64,000 bases of DNA from an uncultured Chloroflexia bacterium (GTDB lineage: Bacteria; Chloroflexota; Limnocylindria; Limnocylindrales; CSP1-4). A program made the position numbers and the translations under genes. The DNA lies in assembly GCA_963814115.1 (NCBI GenBank), contig CAWFBS010000014.1, positions 20,556 through 84,555 on the forward strand, in the 5' to 3' direction. This document shows positions 19,042 to 33,424 of this stretch, piece by piece. Numbering within the stretch: the first letter of the stretch is position 1; every line of letters begins with the position of its first letter. The notes below the pieces were generated by a model. It was not told the origin of the DNA. It was given only the letters and a program-made list of their open reading frames with translations, and did not search any database.

Positions 19042-19544
19042 CAGTCAACCCGTTCGATCTCGTCGCGGACCCAGCGGCGCTGCGCGAGGATCGGGATCGG
19101 CGCGACGACGGCAGCCGCGAGGCCCGCGAGCACGCCGGTCGGGATGGCCTGCGCAAGCGGATCCACCCCAGGAGGCAGACCGCGAAGCGCACCGACGAGC
19201 ACGACCGTCAGGACGGAGGCCAGTGCCGCACTCACCGCCGTCGTGGCGACCACGATGGGGTAGAAGGAGCGCGGCGAGACCCGGCCGACGAGCCAGGCGG
19301 CACCGACGGCGAGGAGGAGCACGAACGCGGTGAGACCGAGTGGCCGCATGAGCAGTACGTCGATGATCAAACCTCCGAGGAAGGCCCAGACGAGGCCGCC
19401 CTCGAGGCCCACCGTCATCGTCCAGACGACAGCTAGGACCAGGACCAGGTCGAGCCCGGCACCGCCGGCGGCGGTGAACGGGAGGATTGATGACTGGATC
19501 AGCGCAGCCACTGCCGCCCCAACCGCTGCGAGAACCAGGCTCAT
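19038..19544 (-). CDS. mreD: rod shape-determining protein MreD
   Basis: 168-aa polytopic membrane protein with an MreD-like profile that overlaps the mrdA start. No mreB/mreC is upstream in this window. Confidence 0.6.
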   Translation of the reverse strand: MSLVLAAVGAAVAALIQSSILPFTAAGGAGLDLVLVLAVVWTMTVGLEGGLVWAFLGGLIIDVLLMRPLGLTAFVLLLAVGAAWLVGRVSPRSFYPIVVATTAVSAALASVLTVVLVGALRGLPPGVDPLAQAIPTGVLAGLAAAVVAPIPILAQRRWVRDEIERVDW

Positions 19545-19690
19545 GGCGGTCGTTCCTCAGTGAACCGGCAGCCCGGCAGTTCGGCATTCACCTGAACCGC
19601 TGGCAATCTGCTCGCCGAGTATACCGAGGGGGGCCAAATGACCGGCCCGACTGGAACCCCGGCCGGGCTTCGTGGCGGGTGCACCCCCAC

Positions 19691-19706
19691 TGTTTCACGT
19701 GAAACA
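19691..19706. promoter_or_regulatory. parS: parS centromere-like site (perfect 16-bp palindrome TGTTTCACGTGAAACA)
   Basis: Matches the consensus tGTTnCACGTGAAACa exactly. Located about 150 bp upstream of the parA start. Confidence 0.85.
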
Positions 19707-19853
19707 GCACTGCGAACGGTCGGGGCCGCGATGGGTGGGCGGCGCCCAGGCGAACCGTCCGGGCCGATCTTCCTGCCGACCGCGGAGTCGCCGCGGTACG
19801 CGGCAGCAAAGGCACGTCTGGCACCCTCCCGGCAGGGGTCGGAAGGGGGCGAA

Positions 19854-20830
19854 ATGGTAGACTTGGCAGGTGATCCCCCGGGAGTTCGGCCACTAGTGGG
19901 CCAGATGCTTGCGTGCGCCAACCAGAAGGGTGGCGTCGGGAAGACCACAACCGTCGTCAACGTCGCGGCCTACCTCGCCGGTGATGGCCGACGCGTTCTC
20001 GTTGTGGATCTCGACCCCCAGGGAAACGCCACCAGCGGCCTCGGCGTGGAGCGAGCTTCGGCAGGCATGTCGGTCTACGATTCCCTGCTCGGGGGCGTGG
20101 ATCTCGGCTCCCTGATCGTGCCCACGGAGACGCCCGGACTCTCCCTGGTCCCATCGTCGATCGCCCTCGCCGGCGCCGAAGTCGAGCTGGCCGGTGTCCC
20201 ACAGAGGGAGCGCCGGCTCAGCCGCGTGATCGAGTCCATCCGCTCCGATTTCGACGACGTCTTCATCGACTGCCCGCCGTCCCTGGGTCTGCTCACCGTG
20301 AACGCTCTGACGGCGGCCGACGCCGTCCTGATCCCGATGCAGTGCGAGTACTACGCGCTCGAGGGTCTCGCGCAGCTGATCGCGACGATCCACCTGGTGC
20401 GCGACCACCTGAACCCGGAGCTCACGGTACGAGGCGTCGTCCTCACCATGTTCGACGCGCGCACGAACCTGTCGGCGGAGGTTGCCGCCGAGGTTCGGAC
20501 CCACCTCGGGGCAGCGGTGTTCGACACCATCGTGCCGCGGAGCGTGCGCCTGGCGGAAGCACCGAGCCACGGCCGGCCGATCGCGCGCTACGCGCCCGAC
20601 AGCCGCGGCGCCGCCGCCTACCGGGCGCTCGCGACCGAGCTCCGGGCCCGGCCCGACCAGGAGACGGGACGGCCCGACGTGTTGCCCGACGTGTTGCCCG
20701 ACAGCGTGTCCGCCAGCGCCGCCCCGTCCGCGACGACCCCGCTCACGCACGACGCATCCCTGTCGATCGCGGTCCCGCGACGGCACCTGATCCTGGACGC
20801 AGGCGCGGGCGCACCCGGCGGGGCAGCCTG

Positions 20831-20831
<1 letters not shown>
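19854..20831 (+). CDS. parA: chromosome partitioning ATPase ParA/Soj
   Basis: Deviant Walker A KGGVGKTT. ATG at 19854 is preceded by GGAAGGGGG. The track's upstream extension to 19638 is rejected because it has low GC3 and contains the parS site. The C-terminal tail has a PDVLPDVLPD repeat. Confidence 0.85.
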
Positions 20832-24234
<3,403 letters not shown>

Positions 24235-24238
<4 letters not shown>

Positions 24239-25215
24239 CCGCCCGAGCGACCCCTCCAGTGGTCAGCCCGACCACCGCTGCCTCGAATGCGTTCGTGGCG
24301 GCGCACATAGAGTCCGCCCGCGCCCTGGGCCGCAGGCTGGCGGACGACGTGGACGAGCCATCGGCCTTCGCCGCCGCGCTGCGTTCGGGCCTGGAGTCCC
24401 TCGGGGATCCCAACTACCTCGCGGGCCAGCGGCTGGTGGCGCCTGGGATCGGTCCACTGCTCGGTGTGCGCCTGCCCCTCCTGGAGGGAGTCTTCCGCGC
24501 CCTGATGCGCGAGCTGCGGGGCGTTCGGGCGGCCCGGCTCCTCCCGGTCGCAGAGGAGCTGGCGCGGGACTCGCTCCGCGAGCTGCGCTGGTTCGCCTGC
24601 TGGCTGCTTGGCCGTCTGCTGCCGGACGACCCGGAGCGCGCCTGGCAGGTGCTCCGTCGGATCGCGGCCGATGCGGACGACTGGATCACCGTGGACACGC
24701 TCGCCACCTCGGTCGCAACGGGCATCCTCCTTGAACCGTACCGCTGGGCGGAGCTGGAGCAGCTCGTCTACAGCCCCAACCGCTGGGAGCGCCGCCTCGT
24801 CGGCTCGACCGTGGCCACGATCCCGTTCGTGGACCGCGAGCGCGGGCGGACGCCCGAGGTGGTCTCGAGCGGTCTGGCGCTCGTCGGTCTCCTGATCGGC
24901 GACTCAGAGCCCGACGTGCAGAAGGCGCTCAGCTGGGCGCTCCGCAACCTGACCGTCGCCGACCTGGGCCCCGTTGCCGTGTTCTGCCGGCGCGAGGCAG
25001 CGCAGGCCGCCTCGACGGCCGATGGGGCACGAGCGTGGGTCGTGCGCGACGCTCTGGCGAAGCTTTCACCGGTCGATGCGGATGAGATTCGCGCGCTGCT
25101 CGCGGGGATCCGTCGGACGCCGGGGGCTCCCAACACCTCGGCCGCCGCGTCGACCGCCGCCGCCTTTCACCAGGCGGGGCGCGGAGTCGCCGCTTCCCGA
25201 CCGCCGCTGACCTGA
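24235..25215 (+). CDS. DNA alkylation repair (AlkD/AlkF-like HEAT-repeat) family protein
   Basis: 326-aa helical-repeat protein (…[18 protein letters not shown]…, …[11 protein letters not shown]…) typical of the pfam08713 family. GTG start overlaps the thioesterase stop. Confidence 0.5.
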
Positions 25216-25231
25216 ACCGGAGAGCCAATCC

Positions 25232-27796
25232 GTGACCGAAGACCTGGGCGACATCCGAACGATCCGCATCGAGGACGAGATGCGGACCAGCTACCTCGAC
25301 TACGCCATGAGCGTGATCGTGGCCCGCGCCCTCCCGGATGTCCGCGACGGCCTCAAGCCGGTCCACCGGCGGATCCTCTACGCGATGGGCGAGATGGGGC
25401 TGGCCTCCAACGCCTCGTACCGCAAATGCGCGGCCATCGTCGGCGAGGTGATGGGCAAGTACCACCCGCACGGGGACGCGGCGATCTACGACACCCTGGT
25501 GCGCCTTGCGCAGGACTTCTCCATGCGCTATCCGCTCGTGGACGGGCAGGGCAACTTCGGCTCCGTGGACGGTGACTCGGCGGCAGCGATGCGCTACACG
25601 GAGGCGCGGCTCGCTCCGATCGCCTCCGAGATGCTCGCCGATATCGACAAGGCCACGGTCGACTACGTCGAAAACTACGACGGCCAGCATCACCAGCCGG
25701 TCATCCTGCCCGCGAAGCTCCCCAACCTGCTCGTCAACGGGAGCTCCGGCATCGCCGTCGGGATGGCCACGAACATCCCGCCGCACCACCTTGGCGAGGT
25801 CGTGGATGCCACGATCGCGCTCATCGACGATCCCGGGCTCACGACCGACGACCTATGCGCATATGTCAAGGGGCCCGACTTCCCGACGGCCGGGTCGATC
25901 TTCCGCTACGAGCAGCAGAAGAACGCGCTCACGGGCGTCACCGAGACGGTAGACGCGATCCGGCAGATGTACGCCCACGGGCATGGCCGCGTGATCATGC
26001 GCGCCCAGGTCGCCTTCGAGGAGGCGCGCCGCGACCGAATGGCGATCATCGTCACCGAGCTTCCCTACCAGGTGAACAAGGCGTCGCTGCTCGAGAAGAT
26101 CGCCGACCTCGTCAAGGACAAGCGCATCGACGGGATCGCCGACCTTCGCGACGAGTCCGACCGGGACGGGATGCGGATCTACATCGAGGTCAAGAACGAC
26201 GCGAACCCGCACACGGTGCTGAACAACCTGTTCAAGCACACGCCGATGCAGCTCGCCTTCAACCTCAACATGCTCGCCCTGGTCGACGGACAGCCGCAGA
26301 CGCTGCCGCTCAAGGCCGTGATCGCCCACCACATCGAGCATCGTCGCGAGATCGTCCGCCGGCGGACCGAGTTCGACCTGGGCAAGGCTCGCGAGCGGGC
26401 CCACATCCTGGAGGGGCTCAAGATCGCCCTGGATCACCTCGACGAGGTGATCCGGACGATCCGCGAGTCGGCCGATGTCGAGACCGCCCGGCGGAACCTG
26501 ATGGAGCGCTTCGACCTGAGCGAGCTCCAGGCCCAGGCGATCCTGGACATGCGCCTGGCCCGCCTGGCCGCTCTCGAGCGCAAGAAGATCGAGGACGAGT
26601 ACCTCGCGGTCATCCAGCTGATCGCGGAGCTCGAGGACATCCTCGCCAACCCGGCCCGGATCCTCGCGATCATCAAGGACGAGCTGACCGAGCTGAAGCG
26701 GAAGTACGCCGGCGAGCGGCGCACGCGCGTCGTGGACGATTCCTCGCGCGAGATGACCGACGAGGACCTGATCGCCGATGAGGACGTGGTGGTCACGATC
26801 AGCCGCCGCGGCTACATCAAGCGCCAGCCGGTGGCGACCTACCGGCGCCAGGGCCGGGGTGGCAAGGGGATCATCGGGCACGTCACCCGCGAGGAGGATG
26901 CCGTCGACAGCCTCCTCGTGGCCAACACCCACGACTGGGCGCTCTTCTTCACGAACCGGGGACGCGTCTTCTCGGCGAAGGTCCACAACGTGCCGGACGC
27001 CAGCCGCCAGGCGAAGGGGATCCCGATCATCAACCTGCCGGGCGTCCAGGTGGAGGCCGGAGAGGTCCCCACCGCCACGCTCATGGTCCCGGACTTCACG
27101 GCCGCGTCGTACCTCGTGATGGCGACCCGGAAGGGCACCGTAAAGAAGACGCCGCTGGAGCAGTTCGAGAAGGTCCGCTCGTCCGGAATTCGGGCCATCA
27201 CGCTCGCCGACGGCGACGAGCTGGCCTGGGTGGACCTGGCCACGGGCCGCGACGACGTGATCATCGCCACCGCCCAGGGCAAGCTGGCCCGGTTCGCGGA
27301 GAGCGAGGTCCGCGCGATGGGCCGTGACGCCGCCGGCGTCATCGGGATCCGGCTGGCCCGCGCCGGCGACGAGGTCGTGGCAATGAGCGTGGTCCAGCCC
27401 GGGACCGACCTGCTTGTGCTCACCGAGACGGGCTACGGGAAGCGGGTGGCCCTGCGCGAGTTCCGGCGCAAGCACCGTGGCGGTCAGGGCGTGATGCTGA
27501 TCCCACTGGAGGGTCGCAAAACCGGACGCGTCGCGGCGGTCCAGCAGGTGACCGAGGAGGACGAGGAGCTCCTCCTCATCTCGGCCGGCGGCCAGGTGGT
27601 CCGGACCGAGACGCAGACGATCAACCGCTACTCGTCGGGGGCCCGCGGCGTGATCACGATGCGGCTGAACGAGGGCGACAGGGTGGTCGGAATCGCCGCC
27701 TTCCGCGAGGGACTGGCGGAGCGAGAGGGCATGGGCGACAATGGCGCTCCCGACGCGGGGCCGACCGGTTCGGGCGCGGGACCGTCGGGAGGCTGA
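25232..27796 (+). CDS. gyrA: DNA gyrase subunit A
   Basis: Canonical GyrA N-terminus (…[33 protein letters not shown]…), active-site Tyr region, and C-terminal beta-pinwheel repeats. GTG start. Confidence 0.95.
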   Translation: MTEDLGDIRTIRIEDEMRTSYLDYAMSVIVARALPDVRDGLKPVHRRILYAMGEMGLASNASYRKCAAIVGEVMGKYHPHGDAAIYDTLVRLAQDFSMRYPLVDGQGNFGSVDGDSAAAMRYTEARLAPIASEMLADIDKATVDYVENYDGQHHQPVILPAKLPNLLVNGSSGIAVGMATNIPPHHLGEVVDATIALIDDPGLTTDDLCAYVKGPDFPTAGSIFRYEQQKNALTGVTETVDAIRQMYAHGHGRVIMRAQVAFEEARRDRMAIIVTELPYQVNKASLLEKIADLVKDKRIDGIADLRDESDRDGMRIYIEVKNDANPHTVLNNLFKHTPMQLAFNLNMLALVDGQPQTLPLKAVIAHHIEHRREIVRRRTEFDLGKARERAHILEGLKIALDHLDEVIRTIRESADVETARRNLMERFDLSELQAQAILDMRLARLAALERKKIEDEYLAVIQLIAELEDILANPARILAIIKDELTELKRKYAGERRTRVVDDSSREMTDEDLIADEDVVVTISRRGYIKRQPVATYRRQGRGGKGIIGHVTREEDAVDSLLVANTHDWALFFTNRGRVFSAKVHNVPDASRQAKGIPIINLPGVQVEAGEVPTATLMVPDFTAASYLVMATRKGTVKKTPLEQFEKVRSSGIRAITLADGDELAWVDLATGRDDVIIATAQGKLARFAESEVRAMGRDAAGVIGIRLARAGDEVVAMSVVQPGTDLLVLTETGYGKRVALREFRRKHRGGQGVMLIPLEGRKTGRVAAVQQVTEEDEELLLISAGGQVVRTETQTINRYSSGARGVITMRLNEGDRVVGIAAFREGLAEREGMGDNGAPDAGPTGSGAGPSGG

Positions 27797-27822
27797 CGGG
27801 CTTCGGCGCGGAGGAGGCGTCC

Positions 27823-28935
27823 TTGTACTCCGACTCGTTCGACGTCTACACGGGCAACGCCAACGACGGCCTGGCCCGGAAGATCTGCCGCTACCTGGGC
27901 GTCCCGCTGGGCCAGGCCGAGGTCTTCTCGTTCGCCAACGAGAACATCTTCGTGAAGATCCTCGACAACGTCCGCGAGAAGGACGTCTTCCTGGTCCAGC
28001 CGACCTGCCATCCCGTCAACCAGTCGATCATGGAGCTCCTGATCATGATCGACGCCTTCAAGCGGGCGAGCGCCGGGCGGATCACCGCGGTCGTCCCCTA
28101 CTACAGCTACGGGCGATCGGACAAGAAGGACCAGCCGCGCGTCCCGATCACGGCGCGCCTGATCGCCGACATGATCACGGTCGCCGGAGCGGACCGGGTC
28201 CTCACGATGGACCTGCACCAGGGCCAGATCCAGGGCTTCTTCAACATCCCCGTCGACGAGCTGACCGCCGTCCACCTCCTGTCCAACTACTTCCGCCAGA
28301 AGGCCCTGACCGACATCGTGGTCGTCACGGACCTCGGCTTCGCGAAGCGCGCCCGGGCGTTCGCCGAGCTGCTGGATGCGCCGCTCGCCATCATCGAGAA
28401 GCGCCGGGTGGGAAACCAGGACCGGGCGGAGCTGCTGAACGTCATCGGCGATGTCCGGGGCAGACGCGCGATCATCGTGGACGACGAGATCGACACTGCG
28501 GGGACGCTCATGGAGATCGTGCGGGCGCTGGTTCGGGAAGGCGTCGAGGACATCTACGCCTGTGCCACGCACGGAATCCTGTCCGAGGGTTCGGTCGACC
28601 GGATCGCGAGCGCCCCCATCCTGGAGCTCGTCCTGACCGACTCTGTTCCGCTGCCGCTCGAGAAGCGGCTCCCGCAGATCACGACGCTCTCGGTGGCGCC
28701 CCTGATCGGCGAGGCGATCCGTAGGATCCACCGGGGCGAGTCGGTCGGTGCGCTCTTCAGCAGCGAGGCGTCGCTCACCCAGGAGATGATCCTCTGGGAG
28801 GACGGCATCGAGCAGACGCTCGACTCCCGCACCGGGACAACCCATCCTCCGGAGCACCTCACGACGCGCCACGACCCGGACCATCCCGCCGAGATCGCCG
28901 GCCCCGCGCCGGCCCCAGCGTTCGGAGACCGATGA
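27823..28935 (+). CDS. prs: ribose-phosphate pyrophosphokinase with ~50-aa C-terminal extension
   Basis: PRPP synthetase motifs (…VFSFANENIFVKILDNVREKDVFLVQ…, DLHQGQIQGFF, PRPP-binding VDDEIDTAGT). TTG start. Confidence 0.85.
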   Translation: MYSDSFDVYTGNANDGLARKICRYLGVPLGQAEVFSFANENIFVKILDNVREKDVFLVQPTCHPVNQSIMELLIMIDAFKRASAGRITAVVPYYSYGRSDKKDQPRVPITARLIADMITVAGADRVLTMDLHQGQIQGFFNIPVDELTAVHLLSNYFRQKALTDIVVVTDLGFAKRARAFAELLDAPLAIIEKRRVGNQDRAELLNVIGDVRGRRAIIVDDEIDTAGTLMEIVRALVREGVEDIYACATHGILSEGSVDRIASAPILELVLTDSVPLPLEKRLPQITTLSVAPLIGEAIRRIHRGESVGALFSSEASLTQEMILWEDGIEQTLDSRTGTTHPPEHLTTRHDPDHPAEIAGPAPAPAFGDR

Positions 28936-29162
28936 CCCTCCAGCTCCATCAACCCGACGGCGAGGGCGGCCTGGCGCCTCGCACTGACACACCCAGGGAT
29001 TGGCGCACCCAGCTCCGCTCGCCACGCTGGCACGCGGCGCGGCTGGCGAACCGGGAGATGAACCCGACCCGCACATCCGTCTCGGTGCTCTTCTGGCTCG
29101 CGCTGGGTGCCCTGACCTTCGCCCTGCTCATGGCAGGGTACGGCTCCGGGTTCTGGAAGTAG
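28932..29162 (+). CDS. small hypothetical membrane protein
   Basis: 76 aa. Its ATG overlaps the prs stop (ATGA). Single C-terminal TM helix (VSVLFWLALGALTFALLMAGYG). Confidence 0.4.
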   Translation: MTLQLHQPDGEGGLAPRTDTPRDWRTQLRSPRWHAARLANREMNPTRTSVSVLFWLALGALTFALLMAGYGSGFWK

Positions 29163-29254
29163 GCCGGGTCGCCCGCTGCCGGGTCGCCCGCTCGAACCGC
29201 CGGGGCGGGTGATCGAGGGCCGGCGCGATACCCCACGCCTATACTGACCGTTCC

Positions 29255-32200
29255 ATGGTGCTTGGCTTCCTTTCCCGTTTCGTCGATTCCAACGACCGCG
29301 AGATCCGGCGCCTCCAGCCGCTCGTCGATGCCGCGAACGCGCTGGAGCCGGAGCTCCGGGACGAGTCCGACGCGCAGATCCGGGCCCGGATGGACGAGGT
29401 TCGGGCTGAGCTGGCAGAGCTCCAGGAAGGCTTCGGCCCCGGCCAGGACGAGCTCGACGAGGACGATGCTGCCCGTCGCCGCGACCTCGAAACCGAACGC
29501 CTGAAGAAGGAGACCGAGAAGCTCCAGGCGGCGCTCGACGACGTCCTGCCGGAGGTGTTCGCGGCCGCCCGCGAGGCGATGGGCCGGACGTTGGGGATGC
29601 GCCATTTCGACGTCCAGCTGATGGGCGGAATCGTTCTCCACCAGGGCAAGATCGCCGAGATGAAGACCGGCGAAGGCAAGACCTTCGTCCCGACGCTCGC
29701 CGCGACCCTCAATGGCCTCACCGGGCGGGGCGTCCACGTCGTGACCGTGAACGACTACCTGGCCCGCCGCGACGCCCAGTGGATGGGCCCGATCTTCCAC
29801 TTCCTGGGCGTCTCGGTGGGGATCGTGGTTGGCGAGGAAGCCTACCGCTTCGAGCCCGGGTACCCCACCACCGACGAGCGGCTCATCAACCTGCGCCCCT
29901 GCTCGCGCCGCGAGGCCTACGCGGCCGACGTGACGTACGGCACGAACCACCACTTCGGGTTCGACTACCTGCGCGACAACCTCGTCACCGAGATGGACCA
30001 GCGGGTACAGCGGGGCCACTTCTTCGCGATCGTCGACGAGGTGGACAACATCCTCATCGACGAGGCGCGCACGCCGCTGATCATCAGCGGCCAGGCCGAG
30101 GAGTCGGCCGATCTCTACTTCCAGTTCGCCCGCCTCGTGCCGCGGCTGCGCGCTCGACCCGAGGGCGAGGAGGAGGGCGGCGACTACTTCGTCGACCTCA
30201 AGGACCGCGCTGTCTCGCCGACCGAGGAAGGCATCGCCAAGATCGAGCAGTGGCTCGGCGTCCAGAACCTGTACGACGATCCGCGGCTGACGCGCTACTT
30301 CGATGCGGCGCTGAAGGCCCACGCGCTCTACAAGCGTGATCGCGACTACATCGTCCGCGATGGCGAGATCGTCATCGTCGACGAGTTCACCGGCCGCCAG
30401 ATGCCCGACCGGCGCTGGAGCGAGGGCATCCACCAGGCGATGGAAGCCAAGGAGGGCCTGCGCGTCCAGCGCGAGTCCGTGACCCTCGCCACCGTCACGT
30501 TCCAGAACTACTTCCGCCTCTACGCAAAGCTTTCTGGCATGACCGGCACCGCGATGACCGAGGCCGAGGAGTTCCACAAGATCTACAAGCTCGAGGTCGT
30601 GTCGATCCCGACCAACCAGCCGATGATCCGCGACGACGAGCAGGACCTGGTCTTCCGGAACGAGAAGGGCAAGTACAAGGCGCTGATCGACGAGATCGTC
30701 GAGATGCGGGAGGTAGGCCGTCCCGTCCTGGTGGGCACGGTCAGCGTCGAGAAATCCGAGGTCCTCAGCGAGCTCCTCGAACGGAGCGGGATCAAGCACG
30801 AGGTCCTCAACGCCAAGTTCCACGAGAAGGAGGCGCCGATCGTGGCCCAGGCGGGCCGCACTGGCGCGGTGACGATCGCGACGAACATGGCGGGCCGCGG
30901 GACCGACATCATGCTCGGTGGCAACCCGGCCGGCCTGGCGTCGGAGATCCTGCACCGGCGCGGGCTGAACCCCGCCGAGGTGGACATGGCAACCTACGCC
31001 GATGCGCTCGCCGAGGCGAAGGCCGTCTGCGATGCCGACCACGACCGGGTGGTCGCCGCGGGCGGGCTCCACATCGTCGGCACCGAGCGCCATGACTCGC
31101 GGCGGATCGACAACCAGCTCCGTGGGCGCGCGGGACGCCAGGGCGACCCCGGCTCCTCGCGCTTCTACCTATCGCTGGAAGACGATCTCATGAAGCGCTT
31201 CGCCTCCGAGCGGGTGGCGGGCCTGATGGAGCGGTTGGGCCTGGAGGATGACGTCGCGATCGAATCGCGGATCGTGAGCAAGACGATCGAGAGTGCCCAG
31301 ACCCGGGTCGAGGGCTACAACTTCGATATCCGCAAGCGCGTCGTCGAGTTCGACGACGTCATCAACAAGCAGCGCGAGACGATCTACGCGGAGCGCGACA
31401 AGGTCCTGCGCAACGAGGACCTGACCGAGACGGTCGACGCGTTCCTCGGCGAGGAGGTGGACGCGCTCCTGGCCACGTACTGCGCCGCGGAGATCCCCGA
31501 TGAGTGGAACATGGAAGGGCTCGCAGCCGCGCTTCACGCGATGGGCCTGGAGGGGCCGGGGACATCAGAGGACGAGCTCTGGGAGATCGGCGGCCTGGCA
31601 GCGCTCTCCGGTCACCTGCGTGACCTGGCCGACGCGAAGCTCGAGGAGAAGGCGGCCGAGGTCGGGGCCGAGGACTGGCAGATGATCGAGCGCCTGGTCC
31701 TGCTCCGGACGATCGACTCGCTCTGGGTGGAGCACCTGACGGAGCTGGACGACATGCGACGCGGGATCGGTCTCCGCGGCTACGCCCAGCAGGACCCGCT
31801 CAACGAGTTCAAGAAGGAGGCGTTCAACCTCTACGACCAGCTAGGCGAGCTGATCCGCCACCAGGTTGCCACCACGATCTTCCGCGTCTCGGTGGTGCGC
31901 CAGCCGGCGGCCCCGACACCTGACGAGGGGCAGCTCGCCGCGAGCCTGGCGGCGGGGGCGGAGGCGATCCGGGCCACGGGTGCCCGTGCCGCGGGGAGCC
32001 CGGCCGGAAGCGGGCCGCAGACGGCGGTCGCGATGCGGCCGGGCGTGAGTGGGTCGGCCTCGGCAAGCGCGACGTTCTCCGGCGGAGGCAACTCGACCAC
32101 CAGCGCCCGACCACCAGCACCGTCGCCGGCGGTGGCGGCGGCCGCCCGGAACCTCCCGGCCGCGCCCGTGCTCCGGTCGATGCAGGAGCGCCTGGGCGAC

Positions 32201-32314
32201 CAGGCGCGCACGGACGCCACCAAGGGCGCCAACCCCGCGGCCGCGAAGCTCGGCCGCAACGACCCCTGCTACTGCGGATCGGGGCTCAAGTTCAAGAAGT
32301 GTCACGGCCGCTGA
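29255..32314 (+). CDS. secA: preprotein translocase ATPase SecA
   Basis: 1019 aa with canonical SecA motifs (MKTGEGKT, DEVDNILIDEARTPLIISG) and a C-terminal zinc-binding CYCGSGLKFKKCHGR. TATACT -10 lies 9 nt upstream of the ATG. Confidence 0.95.
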   Translation: MVLGFLSRFVDSNDREIRRLQPLVDAANALEPELRDESDAQIRARMDEVRAELAELQEGFGPGQDELDEDDAARRRDLETERLKKETEKLQAALDDVLPEVFAAAREAMGRTLGMRHFDVQLMGGIVLHQGKIAEMKTGEGKTFVPTLAATLNGLTGRGVHVVTVNDYLARRDAQWMGPIFHFLGVSVGIVVGEEAYRFEPGYPTTDERLINLRPCSRREAYAADVTYGTNHHFGFDYLRDNLVTEMDQRVQRGHFFAIVDEVDNILIDEARTPLIISGQAEESADLYFQFARLVPRLRARPEGEEEGGDYFVDLKDRAVSPTEEGIAKIEQWLGVQNLYDDPRLTRYFDAALKAHALYKRDRDYIVRDGEIVIVDEFTGRQMPDRRWSEGIHQAMEAKEGLRVQRESVTLATVTFQNYFRLYAKLSGMTGTAMTEAEEFHKIYKLEVVSIPTNQPMIRDDEQDLVFRNEKGKYKALIDEIVEMREVGRPVLVGTVSVEKSEVLSELLERSGIKHEVLNAKFHEKEAPIVAQAGRTGAVTIATNMAGRGTDIMLGGNPAGLASEILHRRGLNPAEVDMATYADALAEAKAVCDADHDRVVAAGGLHIVGTERHDSRRIDNQLRGRAGRQGDPGSSRFYLSLEDDLMKRFASERVAGLMERLGLEDDVAIESRIVSKTIESAQTRVEGYNFDIRKRVVEFDDVINKQRETIYAERDKVLRNEDLTETVDAFLGEEVDALLATYCAAEIPDEWNMEGLAAALHAMGLEGPGTSEDELWEIGGLAALSGHLRDLADAKLEEKAAEVGAEDWQMIERLVLLRTIDSLWVEHLTELDDMRRGIGLRGYAQQDPLNEFKKEAFNLYDQLGELIRHQVATTIFRVSVVRQPAAPTPDEGQLAASLAAGAEAIRATGARAAGSPAGSGPQTAVAMRPGVSGSASASATFSGGGNSTTSARPPAPSPAVAAAARNLPAAPVLRSMQERLGDQARTDATKGANPAAAKLGRNDPCYCGSGLKFKKCHGR

Positions 32315-32961
32315 GCGATCGCGGCCGGAGATCACCGCTCCGCGAGATCGCCCTGGTGGGCCTCGCGGTCATCGCCGGAGGCGTGCTCGTCACCGGGTAC
32401 GCGACCATCCGGATCTGGCAGCGCGGCATCACCGACGAGACGCGGCCGGTCGATGCGATCGTGGTGCTTGGAGCGGCGCAGTACAACGGGACGCCGTCGC
32501 CGGTCTTCGCCAGCCGGCTCGATCACGCCGTGCACCTCTTCGCCGCAGGCGTTGCCCCGGTCCTGATCGTCACGGGCGGCAGTCGTGAGGGCGACCGAAC
32601 GACCGAGGCCGCGAGCGCGCGCGCCTATGCGGTGGCGCATGGCGTCCCGGATTCGGCCATCCTCGGCGAGGATCAGGGCCGCTCGACCCTCGAATCGCTC
32701 GAGGCGGTCGCGGGCATCCTGCGCCAGCATGGCCTGCGGAGCGCCATATTCGTGTCCGATCGCACGCACATGCTGCGCGTGATCCTCATGGCCAGGGACC
32801 TGGGGATCGAAGCGTACGGCTCACCGACGACCACGAGCCCGGCCGATGCGGAGCTCCAGGCTCGCGTCGAGGCGACCCTCCACGAGCTCGGGGCGCTGGC
32901 CTATTACGGCCTGCTGGGAGGCGCCATCGGCCCCGAGCTCGCAGCTCCCGCCTCGCCCTGA
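32299..32961 (+). CDS. DUF218 (YdcF/ElyC-like) domain protein
   Basis: …VDAIVVLGAAQYNGTPSPVFASRLDHAVHLFAAGVAPVLIVTGG… Start is uncertain. The track start overlaps the secA 3' end; an internal GTG near 32353 is possible. Confidence 0.6.
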   Translation: MSRPLSDRGRRSPLREIALVGLAVIAGGVLVTGYATIRIWQRGITDETRPVDAIVVLGAAQYNGTPSPVFASRLDHAVHLFAAGVAPVLIVTGGSREGDRTTEAASARAYAVAHGVPDSAILGEDQGRSTLESLEAVAGILRQHGLRSAIFVSDRTHMLRVILMARDLGIEAYGSPTTTSPADAELQARVEATLHELGALAYYGLLGGAIGPELAAPASP

Positions 32962-33080
32962 CGGGCACCGGTGACGACGGCGTCTCGTCCCCGGGCGCGA
33001 CGCATTGCTGTCCGGGGGCTGACCTGCGTCCATCGCCCGGCGGCCGTTGACGCTCCGTTCGCGGGCCGAAAAACTCCCTC

Positions 33081-33109
33081 TTGGCCGGTTCGGGTCGGCC
33101 CCGTATACT
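33081..33109 (+). promoter_or_regulatory. sigma70-like promoter candidate (TTGGCC-N17-TATACT) upstream of the Cys-rich ORF and prfB
   Basis: ctcTTGGCCggttcgggtcggccccgTATACTcac is seen directly. The TATACT hexamer recurs upstream of secA and dnaA. Confidence 0.4.
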
Positions 33110-33199
33110 CACACCATTGCCTCGGCCGACGCGTCCCAGCTCCCGTCCCGGCGGGAATCCGATCAGCCAGGCGTTGCGACTGCAGTGCATGAGGGAGCA

Positions 33200-33424
33200 G
33201 TGAAGCAGATCACGGATACCGCCTTCGTCGATCTGATCGCCTGCGAGCGAGACTGCCGGAATTGCAGTTACGCCGCAGCGCTGGACTGCGACGGCAACTG
33301 CGGCGTCTGCCCTCATAACGCGTACTGCGCCTGCGTGAACCCCGTCGTCGCCCGGAGCAAGACCGCCCTGCGGCTCATCGAGCTCCGGCCGATCCTCCTC
33401 CAGGACGTTCGAGGCCGGGCCTAG
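33200..33424 (+). CDS. small Cys-rich protein (8 Cys: CX3CX2C …CX3CX2C …CXC), unannotated
   Basis: GTG at 33200 lies 3 nt after GAGGGAG. 74 codons with high GC3. VKQITDTAFVDLIACERDCRNCSYAAALDCDGNCGVCPHNAYCACVNPVV… Its TAG stop is immediately followed by the prfB ATG. The longer track ORF from 33047 is rejected because the promoter lies inside it. Confidence 0.5.
   Translation: MKQITDTAFVDLIACERDCRNCSYAAALDCDGNCGVCPHNAYCACVNPVVARSKTALRLIELRPILLQDVRGRA

Noticed and set aside
19638-19853. Upstream extension of parA (track ORF starts at 19638)
   Set aside because: The extension has low third-position GC compared with real genes here, and the parS palindrome would lie inside it. ATG 19854 with a GGAAGGGGG RBS gives a normal ParA N-terminus.
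28949-31093. 714-aa minus-strand ORF and similar long antisense ORFs (978..2027+, 3698..5239+, 5560..6693+, 6733..8103+, 11746..13785+, 17077..19263+, 33375..35204-, 35543..37522-, 37185..39317-, 44030..46120+, 47592..49097+, 49602..51281-, 52684..53760-, 61120..62460-, 62677..63951-)
   Set aside because: Each lies antisense to a gene with clear homology. The translations are low-complexity R/G/P/A-rich. Long stop-free antisense frames are expected at ~70% GC.
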